Origin: Prochlorococcus sp. AG-355-B18
Lineage (GTDB): Bacteria > Cyanobacteriota > Cyanobacteriia > PCC-6307 > Cyanobiaceae
NCBI GenBank assembly: GCA_003280965.1
Contig: QCDI01000002.1
Location: 42,581 to 106,580, forward strand
Direction of reading: 5' to 3'
DNA length: 64,000 nucleotides
Below the pieces are notes generated by a model. That model did no database searches and was not told the origin of the DNA. It worked only from the letters and a program-made list of their open reading frames with translations. This document shows positions 12,215 through 21,707 of the stretch, piece after piece (position 1 is the stretch's first letter; every line of letters begins with the position of its first letter). Made by a program: the position numbers and the translations under genes.

Positions 12215-13083
12215 TTATACCCGGCAAATAATTTCTTTAACTTAAATATTCCGTATCTTGGAGCGAATATAAAAGCAAATAAAAATATGAAAGTTTGTGC
12301 CAAGACAATTGATCCACCTGTTTCAAGATCAAACCAAAAACTAACATATATGCCTATTAGGCTTGAGATAATTGCACTTAATACTGAAATTAATGTCATA
12401 TTATCAAACTTATCTGTAAGTAAATATGCTGTAGCCCCTGGTGTAATCAACATTGCCACTACCAAAATAATTCCAACAGACTGCAAGCCCACAACAGCTG
12501 CCAAAGATAAGCAAGTGAGGAGTAAATAATGAAGAAAAAATACGTTAATCCCAACTGTTTTTGCATGCCTAGGATCAAAACAATAAAGCATTAAATCTTT
12601 TCTAAAAATTAATAAAAGGATTACTACCAATAAAGAAATTAATATAGTTTGTTTTACATCTGAAAGTGATATTCCTAATGGACTACCAAAAAGAATAGAG
12701 TGTAGATCAATATTACTTTTAATTTTAGAAACCAATACGATTCCAAGAGCGAAAAATCCAGTAAATACCAACCCAATAACAGTATCTTCTTTAACTCTAG
12801 ATTTCTGCTTAATAAACCCTATCAATGCTACAGAACCCACTCCGAAAATAAATGCCCCTAATGAGAAAGGAAGACCTAATGCATAAGCAACCACAACACC
12901 AGGCATTACTGAATGTGACACTGCGTCTCCCATTAAAGCCCATCCTTTAAGAGTCAAATAACTTGATAGTAAACCACAAACAGCTGCAACTAATGAACTC
13001 ATAAGAAGTGCTTTTCTCATAAAGTCATGAGTTAAAGGATCTGTTATAAATGAATCTAAAGTTAAAAAAGAATAGAGCTCCAT
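12211..13083 (-). CDS. mntB: Mn/Zn/Fe-type ABC transporter permease
   Basis: Multi-TM protein with GDAVSHSVMPG, VKEDTVIG and VGIILVVAMLITPGATA motifs. Confidence 0.88.
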   Translation of the reverse strand: MELYSFLTLDSFITDPLTHDFMRKALLMSSLVAAVCGLLSSYLTLKGWALMGDAVSHSVMPGVVVAYALGLPFSLGAFIFGVGSVALIGFIKQKSRVKEDTVIGLVFTGFFALGIVLVSKIKSNIDLHSILFGSPLGISLSDVKQTILISLLVVILLLIFRKDLMLYCFDPRHAKTVGINVFFLHYLLLTCLSLAAVVGLQSVGIILVVAMLITPGATAYLLTDKFDNMTLISVLSAIISSLIGIYVSFWFDLETGGSIVLAQTFIFLFAFIFAPRYGIFKLKKLFAGYK

Positions 13084-13094
13084 ACAATTTAAAT

Positions 13095-13859
13095 TTAGGA
13101 TTCAGGTCCAAACAAGAAATCAGGTGAGATCCCTCCAAAAGTGGTTGTAATATTTTCAGGGGTAAACACTTCAGAGGTCTCGCCATAAGCTACAACAGTT
13201 TTATTTATTAAAAGGACCAAATCACAAAATTCACGGACATGAATCATATCGTGCGTTGATAATAATATTGTTTTACCCTCATTTTTAAATTGAATAAATA
13301 ATTCCGAGATAAGTTTCTCAGTTCTTATATCAACACCTGAAAAAGGCTCATCAAGAAGTAATATTGACGCTCTTTGCGCAATTGCTCTAGCTAAAAAAGT
13401 TCGTTTTCTCTGACCTCCAGATAAGTTCCCAATAGGTGTAGATAAATGATCAGTAAGATCAACTCTCTCAATAGCATCTTTAACTGACTGAATATCAGAC
13501 TCTCTAGGACACCTAAAAATATTCATCGAACCATATCTTCCCATCATCACTACATCCCAAACACTTATTGGAAATTGACTATCAATGCCTTCATTTTGAG
13601 GAACATAAGCAATTGTCTGATCTTTTTGAGCAGATCTTACAGACTCTCCATTTATTCTAATTTTTCCCTTTGAAATATTTACAAAGCCAGTTAAAGCATT
13701 AAAAAATGTCGTTTTACCAGCCCCATTCATCCCTACTAACCCACAAATCTGGCCAGGTTTCAATCTTAAATTGGCATCATACAAAGCCACCTTACCGTTG
13801 TAATCTACGCAAATATTCTCTGCATCAATCCTAAAGTTTTGATAATTTATTGTTTCCAT
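13095..13859 (-). CDS. mntA: Mn/Zn-type ABC transporter ATP-binding subunit
   Basis: Walker A GMNGAGKT, LSGGQRKR signature, LLLDEP, YVPQ and STHD motifs. Confidence 0.9.
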   Translation of the reverse strand: METINYQNFRIDAENICVDYNGKVALYDANLRLKPGQICGLVGMNGAGKTTFFNALTGFVNISKGKIRINGESVRSAQKDQTIAYVPQNEGIDSQFPISVWDVVMMGRYGSMNIFRCPRESDIQSVKDAIERVDLTDHLSTPIGNLSGGQRKRTFLARAIAQRASILLLDEPFSGVDIRTEKLISELFIQFKNEGKTILLSTHDMIHVREFCDLVLLINKTVVAYGETSEVFTPENITTTFGGISPDFLFGPES

Positions 13860-13861
13860 AA

Positions 13862-14761
13862 TTAAAAAAGCCCTTTTTTAATCAAATTCAAATTATGCTC
13901 AAGCATATTTATATAGGAATTAGCAGGCCCACTATCATCAGATAATGAATCAACAAATAGATTCCCTCCAAAATTAGCCCCAGTTTCTTTTGCCACAACC
14001 ATTTGAGATTCGTTACTTACAGTACTTTCACAAAATACAGATGGAACATTTTTTTCTTTAACTAGAGAGATTGTTCTTGTCATTCTTTTGGGAGTAATTT
14101 GACTCTCAGCATTAACTGGCCACAAATAAACTTCCTCTAATCCATAATCATTTGTTAAATATGAAAAAGCACCTTCACAACTTACTAGATACCTTCTGTC
14201 TTTATTTAAGTTATTAATAAAAAGTGAGAATTCTTTATCTATTTTAGAGAGTTTATCTTTATAAATTTTTCCATTTTCTTCAAATAATGTCCTTTTAGAT
14301 GGCCTCAATTCTGATAAAGAATCCACGAGAATATCTACGTATAGGATCCCTCTTTTTGGAGAAATCCAGGCATGAGGATTGGGTTTCCCTTTATAAAAAT
14401 CTTCACTGATAAAAATAGGATTTAAATCTTCTGCGACAGTAATTCTTTTAACTTTTAAATTAGAAACAAACTTTTCGGCCCATAATTCAAATCCAAATCC
14501 ATTATCAATAAAAACAAAAGCACTAGAGGCATTTACCAAATCGCTTGGAGTTGGTTGGTAACCATGAACTTCAACTCCAGGTTTAGTTATTGATCTAACA
14601 ATAAAATCATCTTTAGCAATATTGCTAATTATATCCGCCAAAACAGTGAAACTTGCCAGTATTACTTCTTTAGTTTCATTTTTATTTGATATTTTCTTAC
14701 ATGAAACTGAAGCAAGAGAAAGGAGAACTAAAAAACTTAAAAAAATAATATTTTTTCTCAT
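13862..14761 (-). CDS. mntC: Mn-type ABC transporter substrate-binding lipoprotein
   Basis: Lipobox-like LASVSC; metal ligands His (EVHGYQP), His (NPHAW), Glu (CEGAF), Asp (FVDSL), a Mn-type set. Confidence 0.88.
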   Translation of the reverse strand: MRKNIIFLSFLVLLSLASVSCKKISNKNETKEVILASFTVLADIISNIAKDDFIVRSITKPGVEVHGYQPTPSDLVNASSAFVFIDNGFGFELWAEKFVSNLKVKRITVAEDLNPIFISEDFYKGKPNPHAWISPKRGILYVDILVDSLSELRPSKRTLFEENGKIYKDKLSKIDKEFSLFINNLNKDRRYLVSCEGAFSYLTNDYGLEEVYLWPVNAESQITPKRMTRTISLVKEKNVPSVFCESTVSNESQMVVAKETGANFGGNLFVDSLSDDSGPANSYINMLEHNLNLIKKGLF

Positions 14762-14784
14762 ATTTGAAATTTATCCTTTGATTA

Positions 14785-16116
14785 TTAACTAAAAGATAGT
14801 TTCATAAGTGGTTTTCTAATATCAGAAATAAATCCTTTCCAATTAATTTTTTCTTTTTCAAAAGCTTTTTCAACAATTTTCTCGGAATTTTTCTTTATAA
14901 AATCCAAATCAGGTTCTTCTACTCCTTTTGTTATTGCCATAAAATCAGCCAAAGAACTCGATACTACTCTTGTTAAATAAGCAGCACTGACAGCCTGAAA
15001 TGTTCCAGAGACAAGCCAATTTGGGCCATGTAATTTTGTTATGCCAATTAGAGTCTGTCCACTCCATTCAATAACTCCCTGAGCAATTGCAGTCTTTAAA
15101 ATCTCTTTAGATACTTTATCTAAAATTTCAGGAGACCAATTACATCCCCATATAGACTTAATTTCTTTAATCATTAATGAATTTAGTACTGTCATTGCCA
15201 TAACATCAATTGATGGGATAGGAGATAAGAAAACAGTTGTTGCTACAAGAATTTGATTTTTTCTTTGTATAACTTTTAACTGCATTCTTCTTATTCCTTC
15301 AATTTCAGATTGCCAGGCACCATGAAGTTCTTTCAAGAGCCTTTTTTTTGTATTTTCAATATTTTTAGATGAACTTATGAAAAATTTCCTCAACGAAAAA
15401 GGTATATTTGTTATTTCATTCTTATTCACATCAAAAGTAATAATTTTATTTATGAAGTCAATTGAAATTTGAGACTTTAGGTCTTCTATCTGATTTTTGG
15501 CTTCTATTTCGTTGGAAGTTAAAGCCACCAACCAGATTGGCATACTTTTAGGAAACTTTTCAAGCCACAAAAAATCATTTGCCGATAAAGGCAAGTTGAT
15601 AAAATACAAGATTGCATCACTCTTCAAAGCTTCTTCTGGAATAACTTGAGAAGTATTGTATTTAGGCAGTTTTTCGTATAAATCAAAGTCAAACTTATCT
15701 GCTTTAAAGTGACTTTTCAAAACAGAATGACAACTTTGATAATCTTTTTGTCCAATGCAACTTATATTCTCTTTTTCACATCTATTAAGAATCGATTCAA
15801 GTATTTTTTGTCTTTTTGAATTCTGTTTCTCCAGTTCATTTGTTGCTTCAAGTTCTTCAAAAAAATTTAAATCTTCATTACATAGATTTATCCAACCATC
15901 TAAATTATTTGGCTCATTAAATTTAGGTTTATCATTCTTCAAATAAAAATATCCCCCCAAACACAACGCAAAAAATCCTATTGAGCCTCCTGCAAAATGA
16001 ATTAAGTCACTGACAAACCATTCCCCAAAGCCTAATAACAATAAAATAATAAGAAGATTTTTTTTTGGAAACTTTATGAAATCCTTTAAAAGGTTGTCTT
16101 TACTAATATCAAACAC
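14785..16116 (-). CDS. YcjF/DUF697-family membrane protein with a degenerate GTPase-like middle domain
   Basis: Two N-terminal TM segments; C-terminal SPIPSIDVMAM, QGVIEWS and QAVSAAYLTRVV typical of DUF697. Confidence 0.75.
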   Translation of the reverse strand: MFDISKDNLLKDFIKFPKKNLLIILLLLGFGEWFVSDLIHFAGGSIGFFALCLGGYFYLKNDKPKFNEPNNLDGWINLCNEDLNFFEELEATNELEKQNSKRQKILESILNRCEKENISCIGQKDYQSCHSVLKSHFKADKFDFDLYEKLPKYNTSQVIPEEALKSDAILYFINLPLSANDFLWLEKFPKSMPIWLVALTSNEIEAKNQIEDLKSQISIDFINKIITFDVNKNEITNIPFSLRKFFISSSKNIENTKKRLLKELHGAWQSEIEGIRRMQLKVIQRKNQILVATTVFLSPIPSIDVMAMTVLNSLMIKEIKSIWGCNWSPEILDKVSKEILKTAIAQGVIEWSGQTLIGITKLHGPNWLVSGTFQAVSAAYLTRVVSSSLADFMAITKGVEEPDLDFIKKNSEKIVEKAFEKEKINWKGFISDIRKPLMKLSFS

Positions 16117-16227
16117 AATACTTTATTTCTCTCTAATTTTATTTTAATGCAAGTTGTGTATGAGAAAAGCAAAATTTCAAAAGACGTTAATCAAAAGATA
16201 AAAATTTAAGGTTTTCAAAAAGACTTA

Positions 16228-16257
16228 TTGCATTACAAGATGCTAAGTTAATAGACT
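16228..16257 (+). promoter_or_regulatory. Putative sigma70-type promoter of the hypothetical-trpS-thrS-glk-thrB unit
   Basis: TTGCAT (16228-16233), 18-nt spacer, TAGACT (16252-16257), 27 nt before the ATG at 16284. Confidence 0.4.
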
Positions 16258-16283
16258 GTTTAAATAATTTAAAAAACATTAAG

Positions 16284-16703
16284 ATGTCTAATTCAAATTT
16301 CAGCAATAATCCTGGACAAGAAAATTATAGAGGTCGTTCTAACAATGAAAGATCTAATTTCAGAGATAGATCCGGCGGCAGAAGAGATGGAGGAGGATTC
16401 CGCATAAGATTGAGTGATAACGAAATGAAAGCTGTTAAATCAATACAAGAGACCTTTCAATTGAGATCTACCGTTGCAGTTCTGGGTTTTTCTGTTAGAA
16501 CACTTAGCGAAATGATCAAAGACGAAAAATTGATTGAATCAATCACAGAATATGCAAAAAATAATAAAAACTCTTCTCCAAATAGACAATCTCAAAATCC
16601 TTATGAAGAAAAGAAAACAGCTCCTGACCCTTTTGCAAGGCCTATAAAAAGTACATCAATTGAAGAAATCCAATCTAGCGAAGTAGAAGAGGATGGTAAA
16701 TAA
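16284..16703 (+). CDS. Conserved hypothetical protein with Arg/Gly-rich N-terminus and possible ribbon-helix-helix core
   Basis: 139 aa ORF with ATG start; its last 11 nt overlap the trpS start. Confidence 0.75.
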   Translation: MSNSNFSNNPGQENYRGRSNNERSNFRDRSGGRRDGGGFRIRLSDNEMKAVKSIQETFQLRSTVAVLGFSVRTLSEMIKDEKLIESITEYAKNNKNSSPNRQSQNPYEEKKTAPDPFARPIKSTSIEEIQSSEVEEDGK

Positions 16704-17709
16704 AAAAAGAATTCTTTCCGGAGTTCAACCAACTGGTGATTTACATATTGGGAATTGGCTTGGGGCGATAAATAATTGGGTTACGCTTCAAGATCAGTAT
16801 GAAACATTTCTATGTGTAGTTGATTTGCATGCAATCACAGCTTCATATAATCCCAAAGAATTATCTCAGAACACTATCTCTACTGCGGCTTTGTACGTCG
16901 CTTGTGGGATAGATCCCAATATATGCTCAATTTTTGTCCAAAGTCAGATTTCTGCACATTCAGAACTTTGTTGGATACTAAATTGCATGACTCCTATAAA
17001 TTGGATGGAAAGAATGATTCAATTCAAGGAAAAATCCATACAACAGGGAAATAATGTATCCATTGGATTATTTGACTATCCGATCCTAATGGCTGCAGAC
17101 ATTCTTCTATATGACGCCGACTTTGTACCAGTAGGTGAGGATCAAAAACAACATCTTGAACTTGCCAGAGATATTGCACAACAAAGAATTAATACGAGAT
17201 TTAGTAAGGATAAAAATATTTTAAAGATCCCTCAACCAATTATCATGAAAAATGGCTCAAAAATAATGAGTTTGATTGATGGTTCAAAAAAAATGAGTAA
17301 AAGTGATCCGAACGAAGGCAGTAGGATTAATTTGTTAGATACTCCTGAAATAATCACTAAGAAAATAAAGAGAGCAAAAAGTGACAGTTATATTGGAATA
17401 GAATTTAATAATCCTGAAAGAGCGGAATCTAAAAATCTTATTATGATTTATTCAATATTATCTGGCAAAGAAATTTCTCAATGCGAAAATGAATTCTCCG
17501 AGACTGGATGGGGGACATTTAAAAAATTAATTACGGAACAACTCATAGAATCTTTAGAACCTATTCAGGAAAAATATAAAGTCTTAATTAATGATCCCTA
17601 TCAATTAAATAAAATCCTTCTTGAAGGGAAGGAAAAAGCTGAAAATTTAGCAAATCAAACTCTAAAAAGAGTTAAATCTAAACTTGGATTTTTTGAAATA
17701 GAGAAATAA
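16693..17709 (+). CDS. trpS: Tryptophanyl-tRNA synthetase
   Basis: SGVQPTG..HIGN (HIGH-like), YPILMAADIL, VPVGEDQKQH and KMSKS motifs. Confidence 0.97.
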   Translation: MVNKKRILSGVQPTGDLHIGNWLGAINNWVTLQDQYETFLCVVDLHAITASYNPKELSQNTISTAALYVACGIDPNICSIFVQSQISAHSELCWILNCMTPINWMERMIQFKEKSIQQGNNVSIGLFDYPILMAADILLYDADFVPVGEDQKQHLELARDIAQQRINTRFSKDKNILKIPQPIIMKNGSKIMSLIDGSKKMSKSDPNEGSRINLLDTPEIITKKIKRAKSDSYIGIEFNNPERAESKNLIMIYSILSGKEISQCENEFSETGWGTFKKLITEQLIESLEPIQEKYKVLINDPYQLNKILLEGKEKAENLANQTLKRVKSKLGFFEIEK

Positions 17710-17712
17710 ATT

Positions 17713-19629
17713 ATGCCAGTAGTTACATTACCGGATGGTTCAAAAAAGGTTTTCGAAAAATCTGTGACGGTTCTAGAAATTGCTCAGAGTATTGGTGCAG
17801 GATTAGCCAAAGCAACAATTGCTGGAAAAGTAAATGATGTTCTACTTGATGCAACTCTTCCTATCGAAAAGGATGCTGAAGTTGTAATAATCACGTCAAA
17901 AGACAAAGAGGGAGTTGAGATAATTAGACATTCTTTTGCACATCTTATTGGTCATGCAGTTAAACAAATTTACCCAAATATAAAAATGGCCATAGGTCCC
18001 GTAATTGAAGATGGATTTTACTACGATATTTTTTCAGAATATAGATTTACTCCTGATGACTTAAATAAAATTGAAGAACGAATTAATAAATTAATAAAAA
18101 CAAATTATGATGTTGAGATTTTGCAAGTTTCTAAAAAAGAAGCTATAAAAACTTTTCAAGAAAGAGATGAAACTTTTAAATTAAGAATTATTGAAGAGAT
18201 TGAGGATAAAGGGCTCATAAATTTGTATAAGCATGAAGAATACATTGATATGTGTAGAGGTCCTCACGTTCCAAACACAAGACATCTTAGACACTTTAAA
18301 TTACTTAAATTATCAGGTTCATATTGGAGAGGTAATAGTGAGAATGAATCATTACAGAGAATATATGGTACTGCATGGGCAAAAGAAAAAGAACTTAATG
18401 ACTACTTAAAAAGAATTGAAGAAGCGGAAAAAAGAGATCATAGAAAACTTGGTAAAAAACATTCACTATTTCATATACAAGAAGAATCTCCAGGAATGAT
18501 TTTTTGGCATCCAAATGGATGGACAATCTACCAAGTACTAGAAAAGTACATTAGAGAAATACTCAAAAAAAATGATTATTTAGAAATTAAAACCCCACAA
18601 GCTGTTGATAAATCTCTTTGGGAAAAATCTGGTCATTGGGAAAAATTTAGAGACGATATGTTCACTACTGCATCAGAAAATCGAACTTATGCAATAAAAC
18701 CAATGAATTGCCCATGCCATATTCAAGTATTTAATCAAGGTTTAAAAAGTTATAAGGATTTACCTATTCGTCTTGCTGAATTTGGTTCTTGTCACAGAAA
18801 TGAGCCCTCTGGCGCACTACACGGCTTAATGAGGGTAAGAAACTTTACTCAAGATGATGCACACATATTCTGCACAGAAGAGCAAATTCAAGAAGAGGTA
18901 TCTACTTTTATAGATCTTGTTTTCGAGGTTTATAAAACCTTTGGTTTTGATCAAATCATTATCAAATTATCAACTCGTCCTGAAAAAAGGGTAGGCAGTG
19001 AAGAGATTTGGGATAAATCAGAAGAGGCTCTTACTAAAGCTCTCGATAATAAGAATCTAAAATGGGAACTACAACCAGGTGAAGGTGCTTTTTATGGTCC
19101 AAAAATAGAATTCTCGTTAAAAGATTGTCTTAATAGAGTCTGGCAATGCGGGACTATTCAGGTTGATTTCTCTATGCCTATTAGATTGGATGCAACTTTT
19201 GTAGATATTGAAAATGAAAAAAGAAATCCAGTTATGCTTCATAGAGCAATTTTAGGATCCTTTGAAAGATTTATCGGAATCTTGATTGAACAATATGAGG
19301 CAAAATTCCCAATTTGGCTTGCGCCTTATCAAATAATTTTATTGAGCATTACCGATAGAAATATTGAAAAGTGTTTAAAGTTTAATGAATTAATAAACAA
19401 TAATGGTTACCGATCAAAAGTGGATATTAGGAATGAAAAAATAGGATATAAAATTAGAGAGGCAACTCTCGGGAGAGTTCCTTTAATTGCAGTTATTGGA
19501 GATAAAGAAGAGGAAATTGATTCAGTAGCTCTAAGAGCTTTAGATGGAACAAATTTAGGAATTTTCAATTTACCTAATCTTTATAAATTAATGGATGAAT
19601 TAATAGAAAAAAAAGGGAGGACAGAATAA
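17713..19629 (+). CDS. thrS: Threonyl-tRNA synthetase (TGS-containing, E. coli-like)
   Basis: [13 protein letters not shown] domain, RHSFAH/DMCRGPH editing domain, KPMNCP, HRNEPSG, GAFYGPK and [11 protein letters not shown]. Confidence 0.97.
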   Translation: MPVVTLPDGSKKVFEKSVTVLEIAQSIGAGLAKATIAGKVNDVLLDATLPIEKDAEVVIITSKDKEGVEIIRHSFAHLIGHAVKQIYPNIKMAIGPVIEDGFYYDIFSEYRFTPDDLNKIEERINKLIKTNYDVEILQVSKKEAIKTFQERDETFKLRIIEEIEDKGLINLYKHEEYIDMCRGPHVPNTRHLRHFKLLKLSGSYWRGNSENESLQRIYGTAWAKEKELNDYLKRIEEAEKRDHRKLGKKHSLFHIQEESPGMIFWHPNGWTIYQVLEKYIREILKKNDYLEIKTPQAVDKSLWEKSGHWEKFRDDMFTTASENRTYAIKPMNCPCHIQVFNQGLKSYKDLPIRLAEFGSCHRNEPSGALHGLMRVRNFTQDDAHIFCTEEQIQEEVSTFIDLVFEVYKTFGFDQIIIKLSTRPEKRVGSEEIWDKSEEALTKALDNKNLKWELQPGEGAFYGPKIEFSLKDCLNRVWQCGTIQVDFSMPIRLDATFVDIENEKRNPVMLHRAILGSFERFIGILIEQYEAKFPIWLAPYQIILLSITDRNIEKCLKFNELINNNGYRSKVDIRNEKIGYKIREATLGRVPLIAVIGDKEEEIDSVALRALDGTNLGIFNLPNLYKLMDELIEKKGRTE

Positions 19630-19639
19630 TTTCAAATAG

Positions 19640-20674
19640 ATGAATTTTCTAGCTTGTGATTTAGGAGGTACTAAGGTTCTTTTAGGAATATTTAAAAAAG
19701 ATATAAATGATGATTCGCCTAAATTAATATTCAAAAAAAAATATTTATCTTCTAATTGGGAATCTTTTGAACTAATCCTAGAGGATTTTCTCAAAAATCA
19801 ATGCAAAAATATTGATCATCCTTCTTCAGCATGCTTTGCAGTAGCTGGTCCTTTATCTAATAACCAAGCAAAAATAATTAACTTATCATGGAACATTTCT
19901 GGAAATGCCTTACAGAACAAATTTAATTTAAAAAGCTGCGAGCTAATAAATGATTTCGCAGTACAAATTTATGGAATACCTTATTTAAAAAATAATCAAT
20001 ATTCTATTATCCAAAATGGATCTCATTTTGAAGGCGCAAACAATGATTTGCATGCCATTGTTGGAGCGGGGACTGGGTTAGGAATTGCAAGAGGAATAAT
20101 TTCAGGAAATAAGGTTAAAGTTTTAGCTAGTGAAGGTGGTCACGTTGAATACTCCCCAAAGTCAAACCTAGAGTGGGAATTAAAGATTTGGCTTAAGAAT
20201 TACTTAAAAATTGAGAGGATATCTTGTGAAAGAATTGTTAGCGGCTCTGGTTTATCAAGAATTGCCGAATGGAGACTAAGCAAGCCTGATGCCCAAAACC
20301 ATCCTCTACAAAAATATTTAAAAGAAATGAAAATTTCTGATTCTGCAAGAAAAGAACTCCCTGAAAAAATTTGTAAACTTTCTAAAGAAGGGGATCAGCT
20401 AATGATTGAAGTTGAGAGGATTTGGTTAGGCACTTATGCATCTTTATTAGGAGACGTTGCTCTTCAAGAATTATGCTTTGGCGGGTTGTGGATTTCTGGC
20501 GGGACCGCACCAAAACATTTCAAAAACTTTAAATCAGATTTATTTATGAAACAATTTTTCGACAAGGGGAGATTAAAAGATATTCTTAAAACAATACCTG
20601 TGAAAGTAATTTTAGATGAAGAGTTTGGACTTTTTAGTGCAGCCTGCAGAGCAAAAATGCTTTTGAAAACTTAG
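19640..20674 (+). CDS. glk: Glucokinase (Glk family)
   Basis: CDLGGTK, FAVAGP, LINDF, GAGTGLG, SEGGH and ERIVSGSGL motifs. Confidence 0.93.
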   Translation: MNFLACDLGGTKVLLGIFKKDINDDSPKLIFKKKYLSSNWESFELILEDFLKNQCKNIDHPSSACFAVAGPLSNNQAKIINLSWNISGNALQNKFNLKSCELINDFAVQIYGIPYLKNNQYSIIQNGSHFEGANNDLHAIVGAGTGLGIARGIISGNKVKVLASEGGHVEYSPKSNLEWELKIWLKNYLKIERISCERIVSGSGLSRIAEWRLSKPDAQNHPLQKYLKEMKISDSARKELPEKICKLSKEGDQLMIEVERIWLGTYASLLGDVALQELCFGGLWISGGTAPKHFKNFKSDLFMKQFFDKGRLKDILKTIPVKVILDEEFGLFSAACRAKMLLKT

Positions 20675-20680
20675 TAAAAA

Positions 20681-21628
20681 ATGTCTATTCCTGAAGTAGG
20701 TAAAAAAATAAGGGTTAAAGTACCTTCCACAACTGCCAATTTAGGGCCTGGGTTTGACTGCCTTGGTGCAGCATTAGATCTATATAATGAATTTATTTTC
20801 ACAAGAATCGAAGGCGATGGAGATAGATTTGATTTAATAATGGAAAGTACAGATGGGAATCATTTAAGAGGCGGACCTGAAAATCTTGTTTTTAGAGCTG
20901 CTCAGAAAGTATGGGAGAGTGCAAATATGACTTCTTTTGCTCTTGAAGCAAGAGTTAAACTCGCTGTGCCTCCTGCTCGAGGACTTGGGAGCAGTGCTAC
21001 AGCAATAGTTGCTGGACTAATCGGAGCAAATGCAATAATGGACTCCCCCCTGTCTAAAGAAAAACTCCTCGAACTTGCCATCGATATTGAAGGTCATCCT
21101 GATAATGTAGTTCCCTCTCTGCTGGGGGGGCTTTGTTTGACCGCCCGGACATCTTCTCAAAGGTGGAGAATCATAAAATGTGATTGGCACGATTCCATTA
21201 AAGCTGTTGTTGCTATTCCTGCTATTCGATTAAGCACCAGCGAAGCTAGGAAAGTAATGCCGAAGAATGTACCGATATCTGATGCAGTAACAAATATGGG
21301 GGCGCTTACTTTATTACTTAATGGGTTAAAAACAGGAAATGAGGAATTAATAAAAGAGGGAATGTTTGATAAGTTACATGAACCTTACCGATGGAAACTT
21401 GTTAAAGGAGGAATGGAAGTCAAAGATGCAGCGCTTCAAGCAGGAGCATTAGGGTGCGCAATTAGTGGAGCTGGACCAAGTATCTTAGCATTGTGTAAAA
21501 AGGAAAATGGCAAAAGCGTCAGTAATGCAATGGTAAAAGCTTGGGAGAAGTCGGGTGTAGCAAGTAGAGCACCTTTTTTAAACGTTCAAACAATAGGCAG
21601 TCAAATTAGCAAAATCTCTAGTAAGTAG
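20681..21628 (+). CDS. thrB: Homoserine kinase
   Basis: PSTTANLGPGFD, PPARGLGSSA (GHMP), EGHPDNV and SGAGPS motifs. Confidence 0.96.
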   Translation: MSIPEVGKKIRVKVPSTTANLGPGFDCLGAALDLYNEFIFTRIEGDGDRFDLIMESTDGNHLRGGPENLVFRAAQKVWESANMTSFALEARVKLAVPPARGLGSSATAIVAGLIGANAIMDSPLSKEKLLELAIDIEGHPDNVVPSLLGGLCLTARTSSQRWRIIKCDWHDSIKAVVAIPAIRLSTSEARKVMPKNVPISDAVTNMGALTLLLNGLKTGNEELIKEGMFDKLHEPYRWKLVKGGMEVKDAALQAGALGCAISGAGPSILALCKKENGKSVSNAMVKAWEKSGVASRAPFLNVQTIGSQISKISSK

Positions 21629-21707
21629 TTTTACTTAGGCATTTTTAATGTTATAGTCTCAAGCTAGTACAACTTCAACTAGAATAAAAAAATTATTCAT
21701 TCCATAA

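Noticed and set aside
11878-12529. Plus-strand ORFs of 117 and 80 aa
   Set aside because: Antisense shadows of DUF4336 and mntB with no recognisable features.
16117-16283. T-box or attenuator ahead of trpS/thrS
   Set aside because: No T-box consensus, leader peptide or terminator hairpin; T-boxes are not a cyanobacterial feature.
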